Positions 1 through 15,654 of a stretch of 61,582 bases of DNA are shown here, piece by piece. The position numbers and the translations under genes are program-made. The notes below the pieces were generated by a model. The model was not told the DNA's origin and made no database searches. It saw only the letters and a program-made list of their open reading frames with translations. Numbering within the stretch: position 1 is the first letter of the stretch; every line of letters begins with the position of its first letter. This stretch comes from Eledone cirrhosa. Taxonomy: Eukaryota. The stretch lies in assembly GCA_964016885.1 (NCBI GenBank), contig CAXHJY010000494.1, positions 1 through 61,582 on the forward strand, written 5' to 3'.

Positions 1-36
1 ATTACCAACAAATTGAATATCCCTTTTGCTTATATA

Positions 37-93
<57 letters not shown>

Positions 94-281
94 AAAGAGT
101 CCTAGATAAATCTGTAGATAATAGAGAACGATATATATATAGAGAGAGAATTAATTTATATATCCATATACATATATCCGTATATACATATCTACATATA
201 CATATATACATATATATATATATATACATATATACATACATACATATATATATATATACATATATATATATACATATATAC

Positions 282-314
<33 letters not shown>

Positions 315-1602
315 CATATATATATACATATATACATATATGTAGATATGTGACGTGCTTCTAAATAAAGCAAATTATTCAGTCAAGAGTTTTATTCTAT
401 TAAACTCAATTCTACGTCGTTCAATTAAATTGATTGGATCATTGCAACATCGGAACTCGATAGGATTTCAGTTAATTCTTAATGGCAATTGTCTTCACTA
501 CTTGGAATTTGTGTGAATGAAATAAAATTACAATTAATGTAATCGATAATAAATAAAAATATATAAAAAATATAAAAATAGAAAATAGGTAAAAAAAAAA
601 AAATATGTAAAAATAAAAATATAAAAATATATAAAAATAAAAATATATTTAAAAAATAAAAAATAAAAATATATAAAAAATATGAAAATATATAATAAAT
701 ATAAAAATTTAAAATATATAAAAATATATTAAAAAATATGTAAAAATAAAAATATATAAAAATATATAAGAATATATACAATGTGATTCATGATGGAAAG
801 ACGACATAAAATTATTTCGACTCCGATCTGTTAATCTACGTTCGACAGCAATGCTCATTGTTTTTTATTAAAAGGAAATTGAGGTGGAAAAATCCCATAT
901 CTAAATTCGATTTCTAGTAAAAGCAATCGACTCCTCGGCTATTCGTGGCTGTTTTAATGATATAACCTAACCTGTTGTACATTGTTGAGTAAATATAATG
1001 TAAATATTGATGAATGGGGCTGGATTGTGGTGTAATAGTAGTGGAAATGATGTGGTGGTGGTGATGAAGATGGTGGTGGTGTTGGTAGTGATGATGGTGG
1101 TGGTGAAAATGCTGACGATGAGGATGGTGATGTGGGTGATGGTGTGATGATGATATTGATGGTGATGATGATGATGATGACGATGGTGATGATGATGGTG
1201 GTGGTGGTGAAAATGAAGATGATGATGGTGGTGGTGGTGGTGGTGAAAATGATGATGAATATGATGATGGTGATAATGATAATGATGATGGTGGTGGTGA
1301 TGATGATGATGGTGGTGGAAGTGGTGGTGGTGATGATGGTGGTGGTGGTGGTGGTGATTTTGATGATGATGATGGTGATCATGATGATGATGATGATGCA
1401 ATAGATTGTAACAGTTGCAACTATTCTCCAAAGAACGAAGTGGACAAGACAATAATTTTGCAGTAATTGAGAGATTATGAATTTTTTTTTTTTTTTGCTG
1501 TCTGGACTGAAACTTAAAGATTATGATAGATATGATGATAGTGATGATAATGGCGATTGTAATGACGACATCGATCACAATAACAATAACAAGAATGATA
1601 AA

Positions 1603-1752
1603 TTTTTTTCTGATTTAGGCACATGGTCGACAAATCTAGAGGAGGGGAAAGTTAATTAAATCGACTCCAGTTCGTTACTGGTACTTTATTTTATCCGTAA
1701 GGATGAAAGGCAAAGTTAAACTCGGTGAGATTTGAACTCAGAACGTAAATGG
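1603..1752 (-). mobile_element. tRNA-SINE copy, partial
   Basis: ACTGGTACTTTATTTT...GGATGAAAGGCAAAGTT...GATTTGAACTCAG family signature. Confidence 0.8.
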
Positions 1753-1803
1753 AGTCCTGATTATTGATTATTGAACGACAACAATCTGAGAGTAATTCAT
1801 ACG

Positions 1804-1929
1804 GAAGAAGAAGAAGAAGAAGAAGAAGAAGAAGAAGAAGAAGAAGAAGAAGAAGAAGAAGAAGAAGAAGAAGAAGAAGAAGAAGAAGAAGAAGAAGAAG
1901 AAGAAGAAGAAGAAGAAGAAGAAGAAGAA
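1804..1929. repeat. (GAA)n microsatellite
   Basis: Pure GAA run. Confidence 0.97.
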
Positions 1930-2548
1930 AGACCATCACATTTACCAAATGCATAAATGGGCCGTTGGAATCTTATCACTAACGACGCTATTGTTCACTT
2001 TTACCGTCACATTCACCAGATGTAATATGAAATATGAATAATACAACATAACATATATCAAATGAAACTCGTGACTATATCTCTATCTCTGACTATTGTA
2101 GATAATTGTTTACAACAGCAACACCAACAAAGAACACAACAACAAACAACACAACGACCTTACCAACATCAACAGCAAACAACAACTATATTTAAATCAA
2201 AACCGCTTTACACGGTTTATTTTAATTCCTGGTCTTTTCAAAGTTGCATGTTTTAATTCCTTTTGTAAGCATCTGTAAAATCTTAATGGCATCACATCTT
2301 GCCAAACGAAGCTGTCATTTTTATGGATTCGATTATTATTAAAAAGCCAAAAAAAAAAAGTCATCTAACGCATGCGCACTCACCTATAATCTTATATTAT
2401 GTGTTAAATTATTTAAACATGATTTCACTTATACACATTTAAATAGAGATATTTATAAACATAGTTCGTGGGTGTAGAAAGATGGAGAGAGAAGACTAGT
2501 GTTTCAATGGAAAAAAGTGACTGAGAAAACTCACAGACGGACACACGC

Positions 2549-2611
<63 letters not shown>

Positions 2612-2926
2612 TGCGTGCGTGCGTGTGTATACATGCATATATGTAAGTGTATATATATATATATATCTATATATATGTATGTATGGATGTATATATATAT
2701 ACATACACACACACACACATATATATATATATATGTGTGTATATGTACATATGTATATATGTATATATATAAAATATATATATGTGCATATATTATATAT
2801 ATGTATATATATATATATATAATTGTGTGTGTGTGTGTAAATATACATGGTGGGAGGTTTAGAAAACTTAGAATAGAAAAAAGGTGAAAGAGATTAGGAA
2901 GAAGAAAGAAAGAAAGAAAGAAAGAG

Positions 2927-2965
<39 letters not shown>

Positions 2966-3532
2966 AGAAAGAAAGAAAGAAAGAAGAAAGAAAGAAAGAA
3001 GAAAGAAGAAAAGAAAAATGAGCGGAAAATGTACATTTAATTAAAAAAAAGACAAAAAAGAAGATAGCTGGATAAGGTGATCACATGTCTATGAAATTAA
3101 GACAAAAATTTATTTAAATCTGCCATAAAAGATGTTTACCAGATGACAATGGTACAACCACCCGTTGAACACGTTTATTTGTTTATATATTTAATTGCAA
3201 TCTTAATTCAAGTTTTTTTTTAATTTCAGTTTGTCAATTCTGTGTATTTTATTGTAAATAATGTTTTCTTTCTTGTAAATGTTGTCATAGAAAATATTTT
3301 AAAATTTCAAAATAGTTATTAACATAAATGGAAGGAAATGGATAAATTTAATAAAATAAAATAATTATTTTGATGATTTCAGTTTTAAATGTAGTGTGAG
3401 AACAATTTATGACAACGGAGGTGTTATGTAAGCAATTTGAAATAATTTAATTTCCATTTAAGATCGGTCTCTGGCGATTAAACTCTATATATTGACAGAT
3501 TTACACAAAGCCGAAGGCCATTATTTTAGAGA

Positions 3533-4080
3533 GCGGTGGATTGACAGTATCGGTAGAGGGTCGGACACCATGCTTTAGAGCAAAGAGTTACATCCCTTTA
3601 TGATCTGAGTTCAAATCCCACCAAGGTTAACTTTGCCTTTCACCCCTTACGGGGTCGATAAAATAAAGTACCAGTAATACACTGTTATATGCTTTGCAGC
3701 ATAGAGTTACGGCTCTTTATGATCTGAGTTCAAATCCCACCAAGGTTAACTTTGCCTTTCACCTCTTACGGGGTCGATAAAATAAAGTACCAGTAATACA
3801 CTGACATATGCTTTGCAGCATAGAATTACGGCCCTTTATGATCTGAGTTCAAATTCCGCCGAGGTTAACTTTGCCTTTCATCCTTACGGGGTCGATAAAA
3901 TAAAGTACCAGTAATACACTGATATATGCTTTGCAGCATAGAGTTACATCTCTTTATGATCTGAGTTCAAATCCCGCCAAGGTTAATTTTGCCTTTCACC
4001 CCTTACGGGGTCGATAAAATAAAGTACCAGTAATAGACTGGGGTAATTGCTGGTCTTGTGCCAAAAGTAGAAACAATTAT
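3533..4080 (+). mobile_element. tRNA-derived SINE with four tandem copies of a ~119-bp internal segment
   Basis: A-box-like head; B box GAGTTCAAATCC repeated in units starting ~3570, 3688, 3808 and 3926. ATTATTTTAGAG flanks both sides (TSD). Confidence 0.88.
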
Positions 4081-4297
4081 TTTAGAGGAGTGAACGACAC
4101 GACCAGATGGAATTATTGTTGATATAAGTGCAGTATATTACAGGAAGTTAGCTTATCGTATGTCTACATAGTTAGCAGGGTATGAGTTTCACTAATGATA
4201 TGTGAGCATAATTTAGTAGACGCTAACTATGCGGAAGCCTACCGGGTTGAAATTTCCTGTTCTTGGGCGGTAGATTTAATCCGTTGCTTAATGTAAT

Positions 4298-4440
4298 GTG
4301 CATGGCTTAGTGGTTAGAGCATTGGGCTTGCAATCGAAAGGTTGTGAGTTCAATTTTCGGATCGGTGATGTGTTGTTTCCTTGAGCAAGACACGTTATTT
4401 CACGTTGCTCCAGTTTACTCAGCTGTAGAAATGAGATGAT
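4298..4440 (+). mobile_element. Second tRNA-derived SINE family, partial
   Basis: TGGCTTAGTGGTTAG (A box), GAGTTCAATT (B box), then a CCTTGAGCAAGACAC body. Related head on the minus strand at ~46495-46585. Confidence 0.7.
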
Positions 4441-4819
4441 AGGGACTGGGGTCCCTATCATTAAATCACTTGAATATCTGGTATTCAGATATTCAAAACA
4501 ACAAACAGCGGAGGACGCCTTTCGCACCTTTCCGACAGACAACCTTTCCCCCACCCCGGAAAAAACCCCAAGTTGATGGATGTGAATCCGAAATATATAG
4601 GGACAATTAAATCTCTCCCAGGGTAACTCTCCCTCGTGTTGTTATTTTTATTTTATCCTTTATACTCTTTCCTTCATTCCTCTACACGTCTTATACACAC
4701 CACGCATCTCAACGTACACCCATTTATATCTCTCTCTCCACCACCGGATCTTGTTACCCGGAGATTTACCCATTTGCATTGTCGAGGCTTCCAAACGACT
4801 TAAAGATATTTACCATATG

Positions 4820-4852
<33 letters not shown>

Positions 4853-6895
4853 GGACTTGTGTGAAATACATAAAGGGAGGAAAGTTGTTTTTGTTGATTT
4901 TTTTTTTCTTATCGATACAGAAAGGAAACGTTATAGGAACTAAAAAAAATACACAAAAACAAATGAATATTTTTTTATATACACACAAGAAAATATATAT
5001 AATTTCTATATACACGCCTATATAACATTAGTTGAACACATCAGCTGATAAATTGTTGGATTGGCTGATTGCTACATAGATCTAACTATATACGAGTGGT
5101 TTGTGTTAAAGATACGATGGAATGCATTAATCGATACCAGTTTGAAAGGTTTTTCATAAAAATGGATTAACAGAATATGCAACTGAAAAATATATATTTT
5201 AGCGATAACAGTATACTGTGATGGCGGTGGTGGTGGTAGTGGTGGTGGTGGTGGTAAGGTGGTGGTTTTGGTGGTGGTGAGTGTGGTGGTGGTGTTGGTA
5301 GTGGTGGTGGTATTGGTGGTGGTGAGTGTGGTGGTGGAGTTGGTGTTGGTGTTGGTAGAGGTGGTGGTGGTGGTGGTAGAGGATGATGGTAGTTGTGGAG
5401 GTCGTGGTGTTACTGGTGGTGGCGGTAGTGGTGGTGGTAGTTGTGGTTGTGGTGATGTTGCTGGTGGTAGTAGTGATGGTGGTGGCGTTAGTGGTAGTGG
5501 TGGTAATGGTGTTGGTGGTGTTGCTGCTGCTGCTTGTAGTTATGGTGGTGGTGGTGGAGGAGACATATGTTTTAGGTGTTGGATGAAGGATGAGATGGTG
5601 GCGGAGACATAGATATTGGTTGTGGGGTGTAGGGCGACTAGGTGTTGGGGGTGGCTGGTAGAGAAGGCTGCACTGAAGAGATAAACACCTACAACACATT
5701 AACTTTCTGCATGTGTGTGTGTGTGTGTGTGTGATATGTGTGTGTTTCATGTGTGTATGTGTGTGTGTATATATGTTTCATGTGTGCATATGTGTGAGTT
5801 TTTCAATTTAATTGTGTATGCATTTTGCATGTATATATATATGTGTGTGTGTGTGTGTATGTGTGTGTGCGCGTGTAAGTTTGTATTATACGTATTTCTA
5901 TACATATATATTTATATATCAAACGTATATATATACATATATATATATTTATGTGCGTGCGTGTGTGTGCGTGCGTGCGTGCGTGTGTGTGCGTGCGTGC
6001 GTGTATTATTCTTTTTAAATCTGATATATATTAAGATAGTAATCGATACATTAAACAAGTAAATACAAACACTTATATACACATACACATACATATGTGT
6101 GTGTGGGGGGGGGGGTGCATTAATGCACATTATAGCATCTATAGTAATGCTCATGCGTGAATATACATAGACACACATACACACACATATACACACATAC
6201 ACACACATATAAACACATACACATGTCCTTGTGTGTCTGAGCATGTATGTGTATATATGTGTGTATATTTGAGATATGTATGTATTGATATAACCATGGA
6301 TGGTTTAATCCAAGGACAAGATTCGGAATGTCTGCCATAGTTTTTCTGCTATCTGAAAACTCACTATTTTCTCATATGTGGTTTAAATGGTGGAAATACT
6401 GATAAAGAACAGCTTTATATTACTGTATATAATGGTGGTGGGGTGGTGGTGTTAATGGTGAGGTGTAGTGGTGGTGGTGGTGGCGGTGGCGGTGATGGTG
6501 GTGGCGGCAATGGTAGTGGTGGTGGTGGTGGTGGTGGTGGCGGTTGTGGTGGCGGCGGTGGTAGTGGTAGTGGTGGTGGTGTTGATGGTGGGTTGTAGTG
6601 GTGGTGGTGGTGGTGGTGGTGGTGGCGGCGGCGGCGGCGGCGGTAGTGGTAGTGGTGGTGGTGTTGATGGTGGGGTGTAGTGGCGGTGGTGGTGGTGGCG
6701 CTGGTGGCGGCGGCGGCGGCGGCGGTAGCGGTAGTAGTGGTGGTGGTGTTGAGGTGGTGGTCGTGGTGGTGGAGGTGTTGGTGGCGTGGTGGTGGTGGTG
6801 GTGGTGGTGTAGTGGCAGCTGGGGTGGAGATTGGTGCAGTTTCTTGCTGAAGTTGACACGGTCGGATATTATTCAAGGCACAACACACACATACA

Positions 6896-6928
<33 letters not shown>

Positions 6929-6990
6929 GAACACAAACACACATATATATATAACTGTAGATAGATACATAGATAGATAGATAGATAGAT

Positions 6991-7352
6991 TTCTATTTAT
7001 TGCCACTAGGGCGCAAAAGAAGGGGACAAATACAAGGGGGGAGTTTACACAAAAAGGCGAGTAAAGAAAACAAATAACAAATATAAAATTAACAATAAAG
7101 TCCTCAATAGGGAGGGGGAGTTTGGGGGTCGCACACACTCCCGAAAAAAGTGTGCAACCCCTTCTCCTCAGGAGCACAGAGAGAGGGTGCTCCCTCGTTC
7201 CTTCCTCTTTTCCACCTACAGGCTGGTGTAGAGAGAAGGCCCATTCACACGGGCCATTCTCGCCACTTTCACCCACCTTTCATAAAAACGACTGGGGTTG
7301 AGCATCTCTCTCTCCATCCTGATCCTTCTTCCGAAATGATATCGGAAGAAAC
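6991..7352 (-). mobile_element. L1/Tx1-like LINE 3' fragment inside (GATA)n
   Basis: Minus strand reads FFRYHFGRRIRMEREMLNPSRFYERWVKVARMARVNGPSLYTSL*, then a UTR with AATAAA. (GATA)n on both sides. Confidence 0.65.
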
Positions 7353-7422
<70 letters not shown>

Positions 7423-8461
7423 TTAGATAGATAGATAGATAGATAGATAAATGTGTGTATGTGTGTGTATGTGTGTGTATATATATATATGCGTGCGTGC
7501 GTGTGTGAGGGTGTGCACAAACAGTAATATGTTAATAATATTTCTATCTTGTCTCGTGGTGTAGGAGGTCTATTGGTGTAACCTATGTGCAATCACTGAG
7601 GTCAAGGACGTCACTGTTTGTAGATTATTGTACTGTGTTATGAAATCATCGGAGCCCAAGACAAGGCAAATATGTACAGGAAGGACCTAACGTATGACAG
7701 TGAGAGATAGTATATTTAGTAGTGGGTATTTTTAGTTTGATTATTTCGCAGAGAATTAGTCAAGTCGTTTGAGTATTAGATTAAATACAGTATTTGTTGC
7801 TGGTTACCTGTGCCCGAGTTTCTCAAATCCCACCGGAATCAACTTTATATTTCATTCTTCAAGGATTGATAAATAAAATACACATTCTGAGGATGGGAGT
7901 TAGCTGAATTATTAAAATGTCGGATTACGTTGTGGTATCAGTCTTCATTCAAATCCCGAATTTCCAGTTCAAATCCCGCTTTTTCTCGCCAGAAAGAGGA
8001 TGATTGATATTTCTGACAGATCTTGCGACCGACAGATAGTATCGGTATATGATAAGACCAATGGAAACATAGTGTCTTTGATTCGATTTAAGGATCAGAT
8101 TCTTTCTTCTTTTCCATATTTACAGCTAAGTTTCTATACGGCTAGCTTATGGCAGGAGTAAGTATACAGTTGTATTTGGAGTATAATTAGAGACTATGTG
8201 TAAGGTTGCGTCTGTTTTATGGAAAAGGAGGAAAGGTCATGTGAGTGTAATTTAAATAAAGTTAGTGAGAGCACGCTCCTTGCGGCACTCTGTGCCGGAA
8301 ATTGCAGTTTCTAATTGAATTGCTATTATATTCTACGAAGGTTTTGGTAACTGAGAGGCAGATTGGTAGATAGCGTTCATTGTTGTTTCTTAAGAAATTG
8401 CTTGGTATTATTGTCATTATATAAATAAATATATATATACACACACACACATATATATATG

Positions 8462-8492
<31 letters not shown>

Positions 8493-8647
8493 GTACGTGT
8501 GTGAGTGTGTGTGTGCATCTAATTACATATATAATATATATATATATACATATACATGTATATACATACATATACATGTATATATAAACATCTATATATA
8601 TGTATATATATACATACGGGATAAACTGATATATATATATATATGTG

Positions 8648-8682
<35 letters not shown>

Positions 8683-9088
8683 ATTTATGTATGTATAAGT
8701 ATGTAAATAAAGTTGGTAACGAGGAATGAAGTTAAAAGCTTTTTTCTGATGCGTCATATATAGTTATATACCTAACAAGATGGTGTCTTTACTGATACAT
8801 TTTGTCCATTTTTTTTTTTTTTTTTACTTTTCTTGTTATCAGCGTGCTTCGTAGTTCTTCCTTAAAAACTTGCTTTACCATTAGAAGAGAAAAATAAGAA
8901 GTGGTCTGTTTACGTCATAACGTAATACCTGTGACTATGTTGTAGATTCTGTTATATTATGTAACTCTGAAAACGATTACACGATGTATAATGATATATC
9001 TTTCATGCAGCATAAGTAGACAGGTTTCGTAGAGTACCTAAGCAAACCAGCCACCAGCCAACAGAATTTGTGTTTGTTATCTTTTGCG

Positions 9089-9163
<75 letters not shown>

Positions 9164-9205
9164 TATGCATATATATATTTATATATATATATTTATACAT
9201 ATATA

Positions 9206-9256
<51 letters not shown>

Positions 9257-9303
9257 TTATATATATATTTATTTATATATATATATATATTTATACATAT
9301 ATA

Positions 9304-9384
<81 letters not shown>

Positions 9385-10257
9385 GAAGAAAAGGGAAAAC
9401 ATATTATAAGAGGGGAAACGAAGAAAAGAATCGACCAGGTTCCATTATAAACAGGAGGCAGTTAGTGGTAGTGTTGAGTGTCTTGTTCAATGACGCTACG
9501 TTCGTCCTTTGCAGCTCAAGTCGAATTAAAGATTTTAATGGCGGAGAAACGTCCAATCCCTGACTGCAGATTTATGTTCAAAATGGCCGTCGTCGTCGCA
9601 GCAGCCATTGACGCTAGCGACACTGCCAACTGTAAGTTGCTAAATAGCTGAAAATGTGAATAACAAGAACACCACAAAAGACAAATCCGGCGAGTGATTA
9701 CAGAAAGTTTGGGAATAACATTTATTGTTAAACATTTACAATCTACAAAACCTAATGCTTTGATGAGAATCAACAGATTATGGTTGAGCGAATTAAGAAA
9801 TAGTTGTAAATCCAGTGCTTTGAGATTACTCACTCGTTCGATACGATAAAGATTATTAGAAATAGCTTTACACTTCTCCCAATAATAGATCCAAAATTTC
9901 AGACAAATGAAATAACTCCACACTGCTTCTTAAATTGTTTTCAGGTTTTAGCACACGCTGTCTAAGTGTTTAAAGTAGTCGGCAACAGGATCGTACGACC
10001 GTATATTTACTATACGTATTGTTTATTTAATCTGTTTCAGTAATCTCTATATTGTTACATATTTCGCTTCAAAAAACGTAATATTACTAACTAAGCTTCC
10101 TTTAATAATAGAGAAAGCCTTGAGTCAGTCTTATGTATATATGTGTGTATGTTTGTGTGCGTGGGTGTGAGCGTGTGAGTGAGTGTATACGTGTGTGTAT
10201 TTGTAGTAATCATGCTTACATTCCTAAAACGACAGTGTTTATGGCGGCACATAGACT

Positions 10258-10307
<50 letters not shown>

Positions 10308-10468
10308 CACATATACATATATAAATATACATATATATATTATATATATATATATAGACACACATACATATACATATATATATATATATATATATACATC
10401 CTTATATATATATATTTCTATATATATATATATATACATACATATATGCATATTTATATATATATAAA

Positions 10469-10521
<53 letters not shown>

Positions 10522-11250
10522 TACACAAACATGCACGTACACATATTCACATACATCTATATATATCTATATCTATATGAAGTCGACGGTGTATTCTGGA
10601 TATGTCTAGCTGTTACCAATTACTTGATGTGTTCAGAAGTTGTATGTTTGTCCAATTATCGTCTTTCTATATCAACACACTCTCTCAGCTTCTTCTCTGT
10701 AGGAATTCATTATATTTTTCATTGAGAAAAATAACAAGGAGAAAGTATTCTGATGTCATCAACTTCTTCTCCTCATACTTCTTCTTCTTCTACTTCATTT
10801 TCGTCTTCTTTATCTTTTTATTCGTCTTCTTCTTTCTTCTTCTTCTTATTATTATTATTATTATTATTGGTCTTCTCCTTTTTTCTTCTTCTCCTCCTTT
10901 TTTTCCTTCTTCATCTTATTCGTTTTCTCCTTCTTCATCCCTTCTTCTTCATCTTATTCGTCTTCTCTTTCTTCTTCTTCTTCTTCTTATTATTATTATT
11001 ATTATTATATTATATTGTCCGCTACATGTCGGCCCTTGTGGCTAATAAAGGAAATCATTATTATTATTATTATTATTATTTATATACATATATTCACAGA
11101 CAGAGAAACCGACACGGACAAACAATCATTCACGTGATGGCCGTGTAACTAAGTGCCGAGACACTTGCTTGACGGGTGGGGATTCTATTCTGAAGAACTT
11201 CTACTGTTCAGCTCTCCTGAGAGGTTCTTACCACTAACGATATTAATAAT

Positions 11251-11412
11251 AATGGTTTCTGATTTAAACACAAGCCCAGCAATTTTGGGGAAAGGGAAAA
11301 TCGATCAAATCGACCCCAGTGGATTACTGGTATTTTATTTTATCGACCTCGTAAGAATGAAAGGCAAAGCTAACCTCGGTGGGATTTGAACTCAGAACGT
11401 AAAGCGCCATAA
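11251..11412 (-). mobile_element. tRNA-SINE copy, partial
   Basis: Same family signature. A further fragment lies at ~12421-12522. Confidence 0.8.
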
Positions 11413-11470
11413 CTATATGTTATTGCTCCTACTTAAGGTCGACTTTCAATAATGACCTTTCACACTCACT

Positions 11471-11535
<65 letters not shown>

Positions 11536-11650
11536 GGTGTGTGGGTGTGTGTGTGTATCTATCTATCTATATACATAAATATACACCACCTTCACCACTA
11601 ATTGATACCATTGATACCAAATATTATTTGGTCAGGAGTTCGTGTGTAAG

Positions 11651-11682
<32 letters not shown>

Positions 11683-11688
<6 letters not shown>

Positions 11689-11888
11689 TAACAGATTAAA
11701 GTTTAAGCAAAGAATCGTTGCTTTCGCCCTTAACGGGATCTTCTGAAGATCCCGTTAAGGGTGAAAGCACCGATTCTTTGCTTAAACTTTAATCTGTTAT
11801 TTTAATAAATATTTGCTCTACGGTTCTTATATATTTGATATATATTTATCCTTATCGAGCCCTCTTTGGATTTTAGTCTTCAAACTTA

Positions 11889-11897
<9 letters not shown>
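11683..11897. mobile_element. Fold-back cassette in (TA)n, family B
   Basis: 11683-11806 is a near-perfect hairpin. Other copies at ~37877-38102, ~42356-43230 and ~43740-43922. Confidence 0.85.
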
Positions 11898-11947
<50 letters not shown>

Positions 11948-11992
11948 TACTTGTGTATCTAAATATTATTTGGTCAGTAGTTCGTGTGTAAG

Positions 11993-12081
<89 letters not shown>

Positions 12082-12904
12082 ATACTTGTGTGTCTGTGTC
12101 TATATATGTATGTTTGCATGCATGAATGAATACGCTAAGCTTTAGATTTAGTAGAATGTACAACCACTGATTCCGGCTATTTGCACTATCGTATATATTG
12201 TTTTCTAGTAATTCCCTGGGGAATTGGTTGACCAAATGCTCTGATTAATTGTTTTATTTATTTATTTTTTATTTTATTCTTTCCCTTAGATTTCAGGTAT
12301 TTTTTGAAAGCAAAGCATTGGCGCCTAAAATACTACAGTGGGCCCTGCAATCCTACCATGGGCGCCCTGGGGCCCACTTGCCATTGGGCAAACTGGCAAC
12401 CTGGCCAGTCCGCGACTGCTTGTAAGGATGAAAGGCAAAGTTAACCTCGGCGGGATTTGAATTCAGACCGTAAAGGGACGTAACTCTATGCTGGAAAGCA
12501 AAGCATTCGACCCTCTACCGATAATAATCGTATTCATTGCTTCCACCAACATCATTGTCTGTAATATCTTCATCAATTTAACGTATTTTCTTTGCTTTGC
12601 ATTTCTGGGCTGTTGCAATAGATTATACTGGTAGGACCTAATATTGCCATCATATTTGACAAGTGGAAAAAAAAGAAATTCCCTAAATATTGTAATATGT
12701 ATTTTTAATATGTATTTTTACTGTCATCAAGACAGCCTAAAATGAGATGACGTAGTGATAGAGTCATGTGATATTGGCGGCGACGGGAGGCGGGGGGAAT
12801 AACGATAGCGGTGGTGACTGCTGTACGATGAATATGAATTTGAAATTTAGCATTATAAAATAACTGCTTTCTAGTTTTTGTTCGTTTTTTTGCTGTTGTC
12901 TTGT

Positions 12905-12964
<60 letters not shown>

Positions 12965-13398
12965 CTCTTCTCCTCTCTTTATTTAGTGATTTGGGGAATA
13001 TATTTTTTCTCACGAAATACATCAGTTTTCAATAAAAGAGACAATAGAAAGATATTTAATACAATATAATGTCTTTGCTGCTAATTTTCTAACGTTAGCG
13101 GAATTGATTTTGTTCAATAAGAGAAAATAAAATAAAATGAAATAGAGGCCAAAAAAAATGGCGTTATCTAAATTCTCTTTCCATCGAGATGACAATGGTA
13201 AAAATGTTTTTTTTTACTGATTCTAACACTAACATTATTTCTTAAACTATAACTATATGTATTTAATAGCTATTTTCAATTACCACATGCTAATTATATA
13301 TTGTTTTGTTTGGTTGTTGTTGTTTTATGGTGTTGTATTATCGTATCATGATTTTTGCTGACAGAAATGTAATGGCTTGTATTTGTATATATATATAT

Positions 13399-13432
<34 letters not shown>

Positions 13433-13546
13433 GTATGTATATATATATGTGTATGTATGTGAGCATGTATATATATATATAATATATCATATATTATATT
13501 ATATTATTGTGTTATATTAGATATGTGTGCGTGTATATATGCATCG

Positions 13547-13653
<107 letters not shown>

Positions 13654-14142
13654 TATATATATATGTGTCTGAGGGAGAGAATATGTGCCCATGTGTGCTT
13701 GTGTTTTTACTCCATATATTTCTATATTTCCTCTCTAGCTTTAACTGTATCCTCTAAGAATTTGACACTTTTACAGAATATTTATTGCCAAATGTTTTTA
13801 TCTCTGTTTAATCTTACAAAGTTTACGGTCATTTAATCACAAATATTCCATTAAATACAGCCAATGATATCCATCAATATTGCATGTAATAATATCATTT
13901 AGTCATATCACATAATCATAAAACTGGAAGATATGGGTGGAGTGAAGTTGGAGAGAGCGGCGACGGAGAATGTCTTTAAGTATTTTGTGACATCCCTTTG
14001 AATTCCTAGTTCAAAACACATTTGAATCTGTGATGAAAGGAATTATTTGTTATCTCACTGGAATATACAGAGAAAAGTGCCAGTGAAATACTGTATCGTT
14101 TACACGTTTCTCAATCGTAAATGAGCATTTATTCATTTTGAC

Positions 14143-14186
<44 letters not shown>

Positions 14187-15139
14187 TTTTTTATTCCGGG
14201 GTCATTCTGCAGATAAAAATCGATGGGGGGGGGGTCACCTTTTTTTAGGTATCGAAAAATAGTTTTTTGGCTCTAGCTCCCACATTTTGCCACCGATTTC
14301 GTTCAAATTTTAAAGCAAAATAGAATTTATGATTGCACATCCTGTAATGGCTTTATGTTTTGCATTTGTTGTTCAGGGACGGCGTGGCAGGGACGGCTTA
14401 AATATTCAAAAATACCACTTTTAGACTCAAATTTCCACAAAATAACACAACTCACTATACACTATAAAAAGTACCAGTGATGCACTGGGGTTGATTTAAT
14501 TGACTTTCCCCTCCGCCAAAATTGATGGATTTGTGCCTATATAAGAAACCATTATCTTAACCTTCTTAGAACATTTTCTACCATATAACTGTTTCTACGG
14601 CAACCTATTTACCTTTAGTTATGTAAGGAAACCCAAAAATCTATCGTTTGTTATATGTCAGTTTACATTTAAGACTGAAGGGTATTGTTTCTCCTATAAT
14701 CTAATTTCAGACTTAAATTTGTATTGCATATTTCGAATCTGTATTCTTTAATTAGCTTCTCTTTCTAACATTATTAGACTGGGGAAATAAAGAATATTCT
14801 GGCATATTCGATGTACAGTTGCAGTTGCAAATGAAGTTGTATTTGTTGTTGTTGTTGTTGTTTTGTTTGTTTATTTATTTTTTAGATTAATGTGATTGAA
14901 GAACCTAACAAATGTTTCTGTAAATCAAAGAAGAAAAAAAACACCTTGTAGCATCTATATTATTATATTAAGTAGCTTCTACATTTGCCTTAGGACCGGT
15001 GTGGAAGTGGAGGTGGAGGTGGAGGTGTAGACTAAGTGAGGGTGGAGATTTATCTGCAGCAGCCTATATTCAGATTCACAGATTACACTAGATGTATAAC
15101 GAGACAATATCTGCTAAGAAATCAAAAGTCGGTAAAATA

Positions 15140-15330
15140 ATTGTTTCTACTTTTGGCACAAGGCCACCAATTATCCCAGTGTATTTATTACTGGTGCTTT
15201 ATTTTATCAATCCCGTAAGGATGAAAGGCAAAGTTGACCTCGCCGGGATTTGAACTCAGATCATAAAGGGCCGTAACTCGTTGCTGCAAAGCATGGCGTC
15301 AGACCCTTTACCGATACTGCCAATCCACCA
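15140..15330 (-). mobile_element. tRNA-SINE, full length, with 17-bp TSD
   Basis: AAAGTCGGTAAAATAAT at 15125-15141 and 15330-15346. A partial copy follows at ~15359-15465. Confidence 0.88.
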
Positions 15331-15565
15331 AAGTCGGTAAAATAATAGTAATAGTAATAATTGTTTCTACTTTTGGCACAAGGCCTCCAATTATCCCAGT
15401 GTGCTACTGGTACTTTATTTTATAGACATCGCAAGGGTGAAATCGAAGACTAACATCGGTGGAAATTCCATAGATGCAAGGACAAGGAGTCGAAGAACAA
15501 TGACTACTAGACAAAGGAAGATAGAAAGGGAGAAGCGAAGAGGGTGACAGACTCTACACAAACAA

Positions 15566-15651
<86 letters not shown>

Positions 15652-15654
<3 letters not shown>

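Noticed and set aside
954-1578. Poly-His, poly-Thr and poly-Pro ORFs (also ~5200-5750, ~6415-6940, ~24700-25060)
   Set aside because: Degenerate (GGT/GAT)n trinucleotide repeats without unique coding context.
3533-3620. tRNA genes at A-box/B-box sites
   Set aside because: No cloverleaf, and each continues into a shared SINE body.
12320-12420. GC-rich patch resembling a DNA-transposon end (similar patches at ~14195 and ~42005)
   Set aside because: No matching second TIR or TSD found by eye.
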